64,000 nt of DNA from an uncultured delta proteobacterium (GCA_963769935.1 CAVYNY010000015.1:64001-128000); one strand, 5' to 3'. Positions 30,899 through 41,319 are shown, counted from the stretch's first letter. Program-made: numbers and translations. The notes: generated from the sequence alone by a model not told the origin.

Positions 30899-32404
30899 TC
30901 ACTGGGAAGCCCGAGCCGTCGCAAGTTCGTAAATATGGCCTGCAGAGACATTTTGCATGTCATCGATTTCCGCCACGATCTTTCCTTCCCGCATAACCAG
31001 CAGTCGATTGCAGTGCTGCAGCACCTCCGGAATCTCGTCGGAGATCATAATGATTCCCACCCCCTTGAGCGCGAAATTGCGGATGATATCATGGATGTCG
31101 TTTTTCGAGGCAATATCGATCCCGATGGTGGGGCCGTCAAGGATAAACAACTTCAGTTTGGTTGCCAGCCATTTTGCCAGCACGACTCTTTGCTGGTTTC
31201 CTCCGGACAGGCTGCTGGCCGGCATCTCGGCGGACGGCGTCTTAATCTTCAAGTCCTGAATCCACTTGTCTTCGACATTTCTCCTTTTTTCACGGGAAAT
31301 CAGCTTCAGCCGATTCAACAGTTTTTCAACCACCGTCACGACAATGTTGCTGCCGATTGATTTCTCAGTATAGAGACCCAGAACCAGCCGGTCCTCGGGC
31401 AGGTACCCCACGCCCAATTGCATGGCATCCTCAGCTGATTTTATCTCAACGGTCTGGCCCTCCAAAATGATCTGCCCGGAATCCGGCGGGTTCAAGCCGA
31501 ACAGGGAGAGCGCCAACTCGGTTCTGCCGGAACCGATCAGGCCGGTTATTCCAAGAATGTCACCGCGTTTGACGGACAAATTGACGTTCTGGTAATGGCC
31601 TTTGCGGCATAGATTTTTCAATTCGAGCAGATTGGCACTTGAAAAATGTTCCGGGTCGCGCCGGTAGGGGGTGGATTCAATTTTCCGGCCGGTCATTAAA
31701 AAGGATAATTTTTCGTTATCCAACTCGCCCGCAGGGTAATCGCCGACTTTAATGCCGTCGCGAATGATCGTTACATTTTCGGCAACTTCAAATACTTCTC
31801 CCAGCTTATGGCTGACAAACAACGTCGCAATGCCCTTGTCTTTCAAGCGCATGATGACTGAAAACAAATGATCGACCTCGGCCTTGGTTATGGCGGACGT
31901 CGGTTCATCCATGATGATCAGGCGGGCATTCTGGGTCAGGGCTCTGGATATGGCTACGATCTGTCTTTTAGACATGGACAGGTTTTCTACTTTTTCATAA
32001 AGATCACATTCCTCGTCGATCTCCTGCAAGGCCTTTTCAGCGGTTTGAATTACGTGTTTATTGTTGATAAAATTTTTGCCCTGTTCGATGAGCTGGTTCA
32101 AGGAAATATTTTCCGCCGCCGACAAATTTGGAAAAAGCGACAGATCCTGATAAATTATCTGAATCCCCTTTCGAATCGAGTCGATCGCTCGGCCGGGTGC
32201 AAATAATTTTCCGCCGATTCTGATCTCGCCCTTGTCGGGTTTTAAAATACCGCCGATGATTTTAATCAGCGTTGACTTGCCCGAGCCGTTCTCGCCCACC
32301 AGACAGTGAATCTCTCCGGCATTAATGGAAATACTGACGTCCTCCAAAGCTTGGACACCAGAAAAAGCCTTGCTGATATTATTGGCTTCCAGGAATGATG
32401 CCAA
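30899..32404 (-). CDS. Sugar ABC transporter ATP-binding protein (two NBDs)
   Basis: GENGSGKST, MDEPTS, LSGGNQQR. Confidence 0.95.
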   Translation of the reverse strand: MASFLEANNISKAFSGVQALEDVSISINAGEIHCLVGENGSGKSTLIKIIGGILKPDKGEIRIGGKLFAPGRAIDSIRKGIQIIYQDLSLFPNLSAAENISLNQLIEQGKNFINNKHVIQTAEKALQEIDEECDLYEKVENLSMSKRQIVAISRALTQNARLIIMDEPTSAITKAEVDHLFSVIMRLKDKGIATLFVSHKLGEVFEVAENVTIIRDGIKVGDYPAGELDNEKLSFLMTGRKIESTPYRRDPEHFSSANLLELKNLCRKGHYQNVNLSVKRGDILGITGLIGSGRTELALSLFGLNPPDSGQIILEGQTVEIKSAEDAMQLGVGYLPEDRLVLGLYTEKSIGSNIVVTVVEKLLNRLKLISREKRRNVEDKWIQDLKIKTPSAEMPASSLSGGNQQRVVLAKWLATKLKLFILDGPTIGIDIASKNDIHDIIRNFALKGVGIIMISDEIPEVLQHCNRLLVMREGKIVAEIDDMQNVSAGHIYELATARASQ

Positions 32405-32427
32405 AAGGTCCTCCCCACCTCACAAAG

Positions 32428-32840
32428 GTTTCAGGTTTCGGCCCCGTAAGCGGGTTTCAGGTTTCAGCCCGGCCGTTAACCGAGGAGCGGCCAGTTTGAT
32501 CGAAAAAAAACTTATGAACATTGAACATTCGAAGTTGGACGTTCGATGTTCAACGTTTAATCGGTTCACTGTTCCAACCTCGTGAAGTTTCATGCGAGGT
32601 GTCAGGCGGTCAGAGGACAAATAAACAAGCTCATAGCTCATAGTCAGAAGGCTAAGGACCGGTGGTGAGAGGGTAGGAAGGTGAGACGGGGTTTCCACGC
32701 CGTCCAGCCATTTCCTTTGACCTTTGTCCTTTAACCTTATACCCTATACTTTCCACCGTCTACCCTCTGCCTTATACAATGAACCGCTGAACCTCAAGCC
32801 CCTGAACCCAGAACCTTTGAACCCTAAACCCTGAACCCCT
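32428..32840. repeat. Composite intergenic repeat element (same family as 6070-6378, opposite orientation)
   Basis: GGTTTCA arrays, gcggccagtttgatcgaa motif, TGAACAT/TTCGATG arrays, AGCTCAT, CCTTTGA and CCTGAAC arrays. Confidence 0.8.
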
Positions 32841-33460
32841 GCGACAAAATAAATCCTTTAATTAAAATAACGCCGGCGGCAGCACCCGGATCTTCAAGCC
32901 CTTTGGACTGCTCCTTGTAATAGGCAATCCGGCCGTGCTGTGCAATCATGTTTTTGGTGGATTCGAGGCCGTTTTCGGCCGCTGAAAGCGCCGCCGACAA
33001 GGCCTGGGCAGGGTCTTCGGCGCTTAAGCGGGCCAGGGTGTCGGCGGCCGGTTTCAAAGCGTCAATGATCGTCTTTTCTCCCGGTCGGGCTTTGCCTCTT
33101 TCCATAATACCCGCCACGAAAGCCTGAAAAAAAGCAGCCAGGTCGGCTGTGGTCAACTCAGCCTTTTCCTGCAACGGCTTTGCCGCCGCGCATAAACCCG
33201 GTCCCCATCAGGGTGCCCATCGTCGAGGGCGCGGCTTTGGCCATCTGCATGCCGGCCTTCATGAATATTTTTCCGATATCGGTTTCGGCCGTATCCATCA
33301 GCGCATCACAGGCGGCCGCGAAGGCCTTGGACATGGTGAGGCCCAGATCGCCGTCCCCCATCCTGCCATCCAGTTCAACCAGAAAATCCTTGCGGTCGTT
33401 AAAAAGCGCTTTGAGGTTTTGCAGGATTTTTAGAATGTCATCTTTGCCGAGCGAACCCAT
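32824..33460 (-). CDS. dhaL: Dihydroxyacetone/erythrulose kinase L subunit (one-base frameshift near 33165)
   Basis: LDGRMGDGDLGLTM, STMGTL; second frame RGKARPGEKTIIDAL, HGRIAY, DPGA. Confidence 0.88.
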
Positions 33461-33532
33461 CGTAATTCTTCTCCTAATCCACCGGCCTGCTTCGGGCGTA
33501 TATCATACCTTAATTGATCGAAAGTTGAGGGT

Positions 33533-33607
33533 GCCCCAGCTTCAAGGCGTCCAAGGGTGAAGCTGTAGTTGCCTACCGCAATCCCTTGGCAACGCAGAAG
33601 ATGGGGC
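33533..33607. repeat. REP-like imperfect palindrome (~75 bp)
   Basis: GCCCCAGCTTC..GCGT-CCAAGGG..GTAG-TTGC-CTAC..CCCTTGG-CAACGC..GAAGATGGGGC. Confidence 0.7.
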
Positions 33608-33764
33608 GGAATTGGCTTTCCCAAAGGGTAAACATAATGGGATTTAAAAATGGACTTTTACATCTCACCTATAGGAGAGTCAAAAACTGCGACCAAATTA
33701 TGAACAATTATCATAACATCAGTTGGTTAAAAAACTGTCCCATTTTGTTTGCGATCATTTAAGG

Positions 33765-34787
33765 TCATACTTTCAGCTGACATTGCTCGAAAAAAGGCGT
33801 CCTGGCCGGTTTGGCCAACAGCTGCTTCAATTCATCATCCAGCTTTAACAGCGAGATCGAAAACCCGGCCATCTCCATCGAGGTGGCAAATTCGCCCACA
33901 TACACATGGAAAACCGAAATATTTTTTTCCTTCAATATCCGGTCGATGCGGCGATAAACGATATACATCTCCTCTTTGGGCGTGGCGCCGAGTCCGTTGA
34001 TCAGCACCGCTATTTCGTCAGTCTTTTGAAAGGGGAGATCCTCCAGAATTGCCGCCATCATCGTGTCCACCACCTCGTCGGCCGGTTGGAGCTTGCCGCG
34101 GTGGATACCCGGCTCACCGTGAATTCCCATGCCGATTTCCATTTCGTCGTCACCGAGAGTGAAACCCGGCTTCCCCACTTCCGGCACGATACACGGCGTC
34201 AGCGCCACACCCATCGTCCTGACGTTGGCAACGGCCTTGTCGGCAACCCTCTTGACTTCCGCAATGGGTGCCAGTTCGTCGGCTTTGGCACCGGCGACTT
34301 TGTATACAAAGAATATGCCGGCGACACCTCGGCGCTTGTTTTCTTCTCCTTTAGAGGCCGAGGCGACGTCGTCCATGCCGACCAGCGACATTACTTTTAT
34401 ATCTTCCACTTCGGCCATTTCAGCGGCCATATCAAAATTTAAGATATCACCGCCGTAATTGCCATAGATATACAGAACACCCGCCCCGGCGTCGATGGCC
34501 TTGGTGACGTTGAGCATCTGTTCGGCGCTGGGGGATTGAAACACGCCGCCGACGGAACAACCGTCCAACATGCCTTCGCCCACATAGCCCAGGAACAATG
34601 GCAGGTGCCCCGAACCGCCGCCGGTGGCCAACCCGACCTTGCCCTGCTTTTTTTCGCCGGCTTTAACGATACAGCGCAGATCATTTCCAACATAGGCGAG
34701 CTGATCGGGGTGAGCGGCAATAATGCCTTCGATCATTTCGTCTACAAAATTTTCAGGCTTATTCAAGAACTTTTTCATTTTCATCAC
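33765..34787 (-). CDS. dhaK: Dihydroxyacetone/erythrulose kinase K subunit
   Basis: GGGSGHLP, NYGGDILNF, GMGIHGEPG, NGLGAT. Confidence 0.92.
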   Translation of the reverse strand: MMKMKKFLNKPENFVDEMIEGIIAAHPDQLAYVGNDLRCIVKAGEKKQGKVGLATGGGSGHLPLFLGYVGEGMLDGCSVGGVFQSPSAEQMLNVTKAIDAGAGVLYIYGNYGGDILNFDMAAEMAEVEDIKVMSLVGMDDVASASKGEENKRRGVAGIFFVYKVAGAKADELAPIAEVKRVADKAVANVRTMGVALTPCIVPEVGKPGFTLGDDEMEIGMGIHGEPGIHRGKLQPADEVVDTMMAAILEDLPFQKTDEIAVLINGLGATPKEEMYIVYRRIDRILKEKNISVFHVYVGEFATSMEMAGFSISLLKLDDELKQLLAKPARTPFFEQCQLKV

Positions 34788-34972
34788 CCTTTTTAGTGTT
34801 TATGGCAGTTCCTTTTACCCTGCAGCCGTTAAATTATCCGAATCCCAAAAAAATGGCGCATGCTCTTACAGACGACTGCTAGGTTTGGCTGTAAAATGCG
34901 CCAAAAATCTTGGATGCTTGCAACAATTATTGGAAGTTGATTGGAGAAAATTCTCCAATCAACTTCGGTCAA

Positions 34973-35992
34973 TTAGAGCTTATAATCACCGTTGGGTTTT
35001 TTCCAGTCCTTCAAATTATCTTTGTTGACATCCATCCAGGCCTGGCCGTAAATCACCGGCACACCGTCCTTGTTCTTTTTGATAATAATGCTCTCATAAC
35101 CGGGTCTTCCGAGATTCGTTCCATCTGTGATCTGTTCACCCTTGAGCAGTTTGTAGGCCGCCATGGCCGTGACATAGCCGGCATCGGCCGGTACCCAGAA
35201 ATGAATAGATTTTGCCGCGCCGCTTTCCAGATAATCACCGGCGACCGAGGGCAGGCAGGTGCCGAATGCCGCGACTTTTCCGATCATGCCCTTTTCTTCG
35301 ATGGCCTGAGCTGCTCCGGGTACGGTGCTCATGGCACTGCCCATGATTGCTTTTAATTCCGGATAAGTTTTAAGCAGCTCAAGTGATTTTTCGTAGGCGA
35401 TCTGCTGATTTTCCTTTTCCTCGATTCGGTCGGTGGCGCGCCTCAAATCTGGATACTTTTCTTTAGCCTCCATCTCTTCGCCATCCACCCATTCGTTATG
35501 GGTCGTCGAAGTAAGATGTCCCACAAAAGGCTGCCATTCCCCTTTTTTGCCCATCCATTCCGCCATGATGTCCATCATGTGCCGGCCGTAGGCAATGTTA
35601 TCAAACGCCTCGATATCAAAGCTGACCTGCTTTTGATTGGAAGCCTCATGGGTAAAGGTAAGGATGCCGGCTTTGTTGGCTTTTTCAAAAACCGGCACCA
35701 GAGATTCAGGATCGTTGGGAACGACCAGGATAGCGTCAACGCCCTTGGCAATCAGATCCTCGACCAGGGCGACCTGGGCGGCCGGATCCGCAGTGTCGGC
35801 ACCGATTTGGTAGGCATCGACATCGGGATGATCTTTAGCAAACTGTTCAATACCCAAACGCATGTTGTCAAACCAGGCAACCCCTTCAAGTTTGACGACC
35901 ATTACAATTTGGTACTTATCCTTAGCACCGGCGAAACCCGCCAAGCCCAACGAAAGCACCAAAACGAGCCCCAAGATGGATAACTTTTTCAT
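34973..35992 (-). CDS. Sugar ABC substrate-binding protein (LsrB/RhaS-like)
   Basis: Signal peptide; VVKLEGVAWF, DLIAKGVDAI. Confidence 0.88.
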   Translation of the reverse strand: MKKLSILGLVLVLSLGLAGFAGAKDKYQIVMVVKLEGVAWFDNMRLGIEQFAKDHPDVDAYQIGADTADPAAQVALVEDLIAKGVDAILVVPNDPESLVPVFEKANKAGILTFTHEASNQKQVSFDIEAFDNIAYGRHMMDIMAEWMGKKGEWQPFVGHLTSTTHNEWVDGEEMEAKEKYPDLRRATDRIEEKENQQIAYEKSLELLKTYPELKAIMGSAMSTVPGAAQAIEEKGMIGKVAAFGTCLPSVAGDYLESGAAKSIHFWVPADAGYVTAMAAYKLLKGEQITDGTNLGRPGYESIIIKKNKDGVPVIYGQAWMDVNKDNLKDWKKPNGDYKL

Positions 35993-36545
35993 TTTTACTC
36001 TCCTTTCGAACTCGCATTAAAAGATTATCAAGCCTTGACCCTTGCCCTCCTTCAACGTTGCGCAAAGTATTGCGAATATTGGGAGGCACCCTACCCGTGT
36101 AGCAACCGATTCAAACTCGGAAAATTTCAAACATAAAGGATGAATAATACTTATGATCAGCTAAGCTTCCAAATTGAGCCGCAAGTATTACCCCCGCTGG
36201 TTGCAAATGGAATTGAGAAAGTGATATAACAAAATAAAATAATTTGTTATTAATTTCAGTGGATTGGATTTTGAAACAACAGACAGCTGTTTCATAATAA
36301 TTCGAATCACTTTTAGCTTTTGTATGCTATTTGTCAAGAAAAATAAATTGTTGATGAGAAATTCATCCTTGTGCTCGATTCGGCCTTTGCCGGTGCCTTG
36401 CAGAATCGCAAAGACCCTGTCGATCCTTGCCTGGGTGAATTTGAAATTTGCGGCCGGAAAAATTTCAACTGCTTGACCCGGGCGGCTTCGTTGGAGTATT
36501 ATCCTGCCGATTCGATCACTGCATAAATTTAGGGGGCTCAAGAAA

Positions 36546-37613
36546 GTGGATAAACGGTGGCAGCAGTTGGGGGATTTGCTGGTAAATTATTCACTGGCAG
36601 TCAAACCGGGGGAAAAAGTGATGATTGCCATGACGGAAGTAGAGACTTATCCTTTAGCGCTGGCGGTCTATGAAGCCTGCATCAAATCCGAGGCCTACCC
36701 GCAGGTACAGTTTTTGTCCGAAGAATTCAACCGCCTGTTGCTGAAATTCGGCAGCCGGGAGCAGATTGATTGGGTGCCTGAAATCGAGGCCTACGGCATG
36801 CAATGGGCGGATGTTTATCTGGGATTGCGCGGCGCCCACAACCTGGCCGCATTGTGGGATGTTCCGGACGGTAAGTTATCCGCGCTCAGACGCGCCATGG
36901 GCACGATTTCCACGATGCGCTGGGAAAAGACACGCTGGTGCCTGGTGCGTGCACCCAATGCCGCCTTGGCGCATCAAGCCGGGGTCGACGAGCAGACCAT
37001 TACCGACATGTTCTTCGACGCCTCTCTTCAGGACTGGCCGGCCCTGAGTAAAAAATGGCAGAAATGGGCGGATATTCTTGGGCAGGGCCGGCACGTGCGA
37101 GTCGTCGGTCGGGATACCGATTTGAGTTTTTCGGTCGCAGGCCGATCCTGGGAAGTGTTTGATGGAAAATTGAATATGCCGGACGGTGAGATTGCGACCT
37201 CGCCGGTTGAAACAACTGTTGACGGCCAAATTTATTTTGAATTCCCGGGGGTGATGGGCGGGCGGCTGGTGGACGATATCCGCCTGCGCTGGGAAAACGG
37301 CAGGCTGGCAGAAGCGTTGTCATCTTCCAACCAGGACTTCCTTCAGGCGGTGGTCGGCAGCGATCCCGGCGCCAGTAAGATCGGCGAGTTTGCCTTCGGC
37401 ACCAACCCGGCGGTCAAGCACTTTTGTCGCGATATTCTGCTGGATGAAAAAATCGGCGGTACCGTCCATATTGCCCTGGGACGCGCCTATGCCAGTACCG
37501 GCGGAACCAACCAATCGGCCATCCACTGGGACATCGTCAAAGACGTCCGGGAGGAAGGTCGGGTGTATCTGGACGACCGACTGATATTCGAAAACGGCAG
37601 CATACTGCTCTGA
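36546..37613 (+). CDS. M29 family aminopeptidase (AmpS/PepS-like)
   Basis: NMPDGEI, GEFAFG, LLDEKIGGTVHIALG, SAIHWD. Confidence 0.9.
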   Translation: MDKRWQQLGDLLVNYSLAVKPGEKVMIAMTEVETYPLALAVYEACIKSEAYPQVQFLSEEFNRLLLKFGSREQIDWVPEIEAYGMQWADVYLGLRGAHNLAALWDVPDGKLSALRRAMGTISTMRWEKTRWCLVRAPNAALAHQAGVDEQTITDMFFDASLQDWPALSKKWQKWADILGQGRHVRVVGRDTDLSFSVAGRSWEVFDGKLNMPDGEIATSPVETTVDGQIYFEFPGVMGGRLVDDIRLRWENGRLAEALSSSNQDFLQAVVGSDPGASKIGEFAFGTNPAVKHFCRDILLDEKIGGTVHIALGRAYASTGGTNQSAIHWDIVKDVREEGRVYLDDRLIFENGSILL

Positions 37614-37620
37614 GGAAACC

Positions 37621-39171
37621 ATGATGAGGCCTGAATATTTACTGGGTGTTGACGTCGGCACCTATTCCTCAAAGGGTGTCCTGGTGAGTATCGACGGGGA
37701 AGTGGCTGCCGACCAGGTCATCCCGCACGGCATGCGCATGCCCCAGCCCGGTTTCTTTGAACATGACGCCGACGGGGTCTGGTGGCATGACTTTGTTGAG
37801 ATTGTCCGCCGCCTTTTGGCAAAATCCAGAATCGATCCCGCACAAATTCTTGCCATCGGTACCAGCGCCATCGGCCCGTGCGTTCTGCCGGTCAGCGCCG
37901 AAGGCAAGCCGTTGCGGCCGGGAATTCTCTACGGCATCGACACGCGGTCCACTGCCGAGGTCGCGCATCTGGAGCAGGTGCTGGGCAAGCAAAACATCTT
38001 CCTAAAGAGTGCAACAAATTTGGACGTCCAGTCCGCCGGTCCTAAAATCCTGTGGATCCGCAACAACGAGCCGGAAATCTATGCCAGGACGAGGTGGTTT
38101 CTGACCAGCCAGGCCTATCTGGTTTACAAACTGACCGGTGTGCCCAGCATCGACATTTATTCGGCCTGCTGCTATGCGCCCCTTTTTGACATTTACAATT
38201 TCGGCTGGTATCCGGATATGGCCGATTATATTACCCCCGCCGACCGCTTGCCGCAAGCGCACTGGAGCTGTGACATCGTCGGTGAAGTCACCGACGCCGC
38301 CGCGGCCGAGACAGGCCTGGCACCCGGTACACCGGTCATTACCGGTACCATTGACGCGGCGGCCGAGGCCGTCAGTGCCGGAGTGGCCCGGTTCGGCGAC
38401 ATGATGCTGATGTTTGGCAGCAGCATCTTTTTTATCATGAAAACCGCCGAGCTGTTCAAAACCCGACATTTCTGGAGTGCCAATTTTCTCGAACAAAATA
38501 CATTCGCCTTCATGGGGGGCATGTCCACATCCGGCAGTCTGACCACCTGGTTTCGTGACCAGTTTGCGCAAACTGAAGTTGCATGCGAGAAATCCGGCGG
38601 ACAGAATGCCTATGCCGTGCTGGCCGGCGAAGCCGCCGCATCCCCGGCCGGTGCCGACGGGTTGATTGTTCTGCCTTACTTTGAAGGCGAGCGCACGCCG
38701 TTGCACGATCCCAAAGCCAAAGGCGTTGTGTTTGGTCTCAGTCTCAAACACACCCGCGGCGACGTTTATCGGGCCATCCTGGAAAGCGTGGGGTTCGGCA
38801 TTCGCCACAACGTGACGGTGATGCGCGAAGAGGGGTTAAACCCGGAACGAATCATCGCAGTCGGCGGAGGCACCCAAAACGATTTATGGATGCAGCTTGT
38901 TGCCGATATTGCCGATATCGAGCTCATCATCCCGCAGCAGTTGATCGGCGCGAGCTATGGCGATGCGTTTATGGCGGCGGTGGGCGTCGGCCGGTTCAAA
39001 GATTTGACCCAAATTACCCACTGGGTCAAAAGCAAAAAGGTTGTCTGCCCCAATTTGGCAACCCACAAACAGTATACACTCAATTATAAAATTTTCCGCG
39101 CGCTGTATGAGTCCAATCGTTCGCTCATGCATGAGCTGACGGATTCAATTCCGTTAAAAAGGAGAATGTGA
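37621..39171 (+). CDS. FGGY family carbohydrate kinase
   Basis: LGVDVGT, LPYFEGERTP, AVGGG. Confidence 0.93.
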   Translation: MMRPEYLLGVDVGTYSSKGVLVSIDGEVAADQVIPHGMRMPQPGFFEHDADGVWWHDFVEIVRRLLAKSRIDPAQILAIGTSAIGPCVLPVSAEGKPLRPGILYGIDTRSTAEVAHLEQVLGKQNIFLKSATNLDVQSAGPKILWIRNNEPEIYARTRWFLTSQAYLVYKLTGVPSIDIYSACCYAPLFDIYNFGWYPDMADYITPADRLPQAHWSCDIVGEVTDAAAAETGLAPGTPVITGTIDAAAEAVSAGVARFGDMMLMFGSSIFFIMKTAELFKTRHFWSANFLEQNTFAFMGGMSTSGSLTTWFRDQFAQTEVACEKSGGQNAYAVLAGEAAASPAGADGLIVLPYFEGERTPLHDPKAKGVVFGLSLKHTRGDVYRAILESVGFGIRHNVTVMREEGLNPERIIAVGGGTQNDLWMQLVADIADIELIIPQQLIGASYGDAFMAAVGVGRFKDLTQITHWVKSKKVVCPNLATHKQYTLNYKIFRALYESNRSLMHELTDSIPLKRRM

Positions 39172-39989
39172 TGACAAAACGCTGGATAGAAGAAGTTTTT
39201 GGCTGCCGCAAACCGATTATCGGCATGTGCCACTTGAATGCACTGCCCGGCGACCCTTCCTTCGACGGGCAGGGCGGCATGCAGGAAGTAATCAAATGGG
39301 CCCGACGGGATCTGCTGGCCCTGCAAAACGGCGGTATTGACGCCGTCATGTTCTCCAATGAGTTCAGTCTGCCGTATCTGACCCGCGTTGAAACGGTCAC
39401 CGTGGCCGCCATGGCTCGCATCATCGGCGAATTGATGCCTGATATCGGCGTGGCCTTTGGGGTGAATGTACTCTGGGACCCGGCGGCCTCGCTGGATTTG
39501 GCCGTGTCCACCGGCGCCCGGTTTGTGCGTGAAATCTTTTCCGGCGTGTATGCCAGCGACTTCGGCCTCTGGAACACCGACTGCGGTGCTGTGGTGCGGC
39601 ACCAGCATGCCATTGGGGCGCAGGATGTCAGGCTGCTGTTTAATATCGTCCCTGAAGCGGCGCAATACCTGGCTGCCCGGGACATGGCGGATATTGCCCG
39701 ATCAACGGTTTTCAACCATCGGCCCGATGCCCTGTGCGTCTCGGGCCTGACGGCGGGCCGCCAGGCCGACACGCAGGTTCTTAAGAACGTCAGGGACGCG
39801 GTTGCCGGCACACCGGTCTTCGCCAACACCGGCGTTCGACTGGAAAATGTGTCCGAACAGCTCGCGATTGCCGATGGGGCGGTGGTCGGCACCACTTTCA
39901 AAATCGACGGGGTATTTGAAAACCATGTCGATCAAAGCCGGGTGCAGGCCTTCATGGACCAGGTCAAAGCGATCCGAAACGTCAGTTAA
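39168..39989 (+). CDS. BtpA/SgcQ family protein
   Basis: IIGMCHLNALPGDP, FSNEFSLPY, GVNVLWD, ADGAVVGT. Confidence 0.9.
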   Translation: MMTKRWIEEVFGCRKPIIGMCHLNALPGDPSFDGQGGMQEVIKWARRDLLALQNGGIDAVMFSNEFSLPYLTRVETVTVAAMARIIGELMPDIGVAFGVNVLWDPAASLDLAVSTGARFVREIFSGVYASDFGLWNTDCGAVVRHQHAIGAQDVRLLFNIVPEAAQYLAARDMADIARSTVFNHRPDALCVSGLTAGRQADTQVLKNVRDAVAGTPVFANTGVRLENVSEQLAIADGAVVGTTFKIDGVFENHVDQSRVQAFMDQVKAIRNVS

Positions 39990-40839
39990 AGAGCATCTGC
40001 ATCCGCATCCGCTCAACTGTCTGGCGCATGTCCTGCTCTGAGGGACGCTGCTCAAAGCCGGCGGCGGCTTTCAGAACCTTGGGCAGCTCCTGCAAATCGC
40101 CGACCGTGTTCAAAAATATATCGGGAATGCCCAATACCCAGTGGACACAATGGGCAATGGCGCCTTCATCGGTCAGCGGCTCATACCAGGTGCTGCGGCT
40201 CCATTTTTTATCGCCCCAATATCCCCGCGCGATGGCCTTTATGGTCTGGACGGCGATTTGGTGCTCACGACAGTAGGCAATGAGCTTTTCAAAATCAGCG
40301 GCATAGGTCTGATCCTGCATCAGAAGGTAGTTGCAGGGCAGAAGCACGGTATCAAAAGGGTAGCGCTTGAGGGTCTGAAGGTGAAATTTCGGCGTGTGCA
40401 GCCCATGCCCGGTAATACCGATAAACTTCGTCAATCCCTTTTCTTTGGCCTCAATCAGAAATTCCAGGGCGCCGCCGGGGCCCATAATAATCTCCCGTTC
40501 CACCACATCCGTTAAATTATGAAACTGAAGCAGATCAACGCTGTCCACCTGCAGCCGGTCCAAAGATCGCTGAAACTGCTCTTTCGCATCCTGATAGGTT
40601 CGCTCATTGGTTTTGGTGGCCAGGAAAAATTGATCGCGGTACTTCTTCATCCAGGGTCCGACGCGCAGTTCGGCTTCGCCGTATTTGGGCGCCGTATCAA
40701 TATGATTGACCCCATACTCCCATAGAAGGTCCAGCGCCCGATCAGCTTCAGACTGGCTGACTCTGCCGAGACTTACCGAACCGAATATAGTTCTGGAACT
40801 CTGATGGCCGGTTTTTCCGAAAGAAATTTTTTTAATCAT
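39982..40839 (-). CDS. Aldo/keto reductase
   Basis: GVNHIDTAPKYG, FLATK, DLLQFH, IGITGH; ATG 40839 after AGGAGG. Confidence 0.92.
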   Translation of the reverse strand: MIKKISFGKTGHQSSRTIFGSVSLGRVSQSEADRALDLLWEYGVNHIDTAPKYGEAELRVGPWMKKYRDQFFLATKTNERTYQDAKEQFQRSLDRLQVDSVDLLQFHNLTDVVEREIIMGPGGALEFLIEAKEKGLTKFIGITGHGLHTPKFHLQTLKRYPFDTVLLPCNYLLMQDQTYAADFEKLIAYCREHQIAVQTIKAIARGYWGDKKWSRSTWYEPLTDEGAIAHCVHWVLGIPDIFLNTVGDLQELPKVLKAAAGFEQRPSEQDMRQTVERMRMQMLFN

Positions 40840-40894
40840 CTGACTGCCTCCTGCTTTCAATTGTCCTCTGTTAGGCGATGAAATCCATAGCCCC

Positions 40895-41236
40895 TTAAGA
40901 CCCTTGGTCCGCGTCATGCTTTCCTTTTCTGACGACGTACCAATTATTCTGAATGTCGTGTGGTATTTGATTCGTTTCAATGGAACGGAAACCAACCGTC
41001 TGAAGGTACTGACGCGCTTTCTCTTCTCCCCACATCGCCCCCAGTCCCTCTCCGCCCTGGGCCAGTGACACGGTCATACAATGCATGGTGGAGATGGTGT
41101 ATAGAAACGCGCCAAGGGGGTGCCCAATGGATGTCATCAAACAGAGAGCCCCTTCATTAAGGGCCGTCAATAATCGTCCCGCGAACGCCTCTGCCTTTTC
41201 CGAGTCGACCTCCAGGTGTTTTTTATTTTTTTTCAT
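40895..41236 (-). pseudogene. Internally deleted Rv2258c-like SAM-methyltransferase/regulator gene
   Basis: N-terminal AEAFAGRLLTALNEGALCLMTSIGH joined directly to C-terminal PLGAFLYTISTMHCMTVSLAQGGEGLGAMWG; the SAM-binding core is absent. Confidence 0.75.
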
Positions 41237-41319
41237 TGCCTTTGCCTCCGAGGAAGAATGTCACCCAACCCTTGAACCGCTCAGTCACCTTCTTCCAAGA
41301 CCTAACCGGGCGAAAAATT

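Noticed and set aside
757..32840. CRISPR array
   Set aside because: Repeats are 7-9-bp tandem units without unique spacers, and no cas genes are present
36226..36250. ATAACAAA-N9-TTTGTTAT dyad in the divergent sugar promoter region
   Set aside because: AT-rich context makes chance likely and no cognate regulator is in the window
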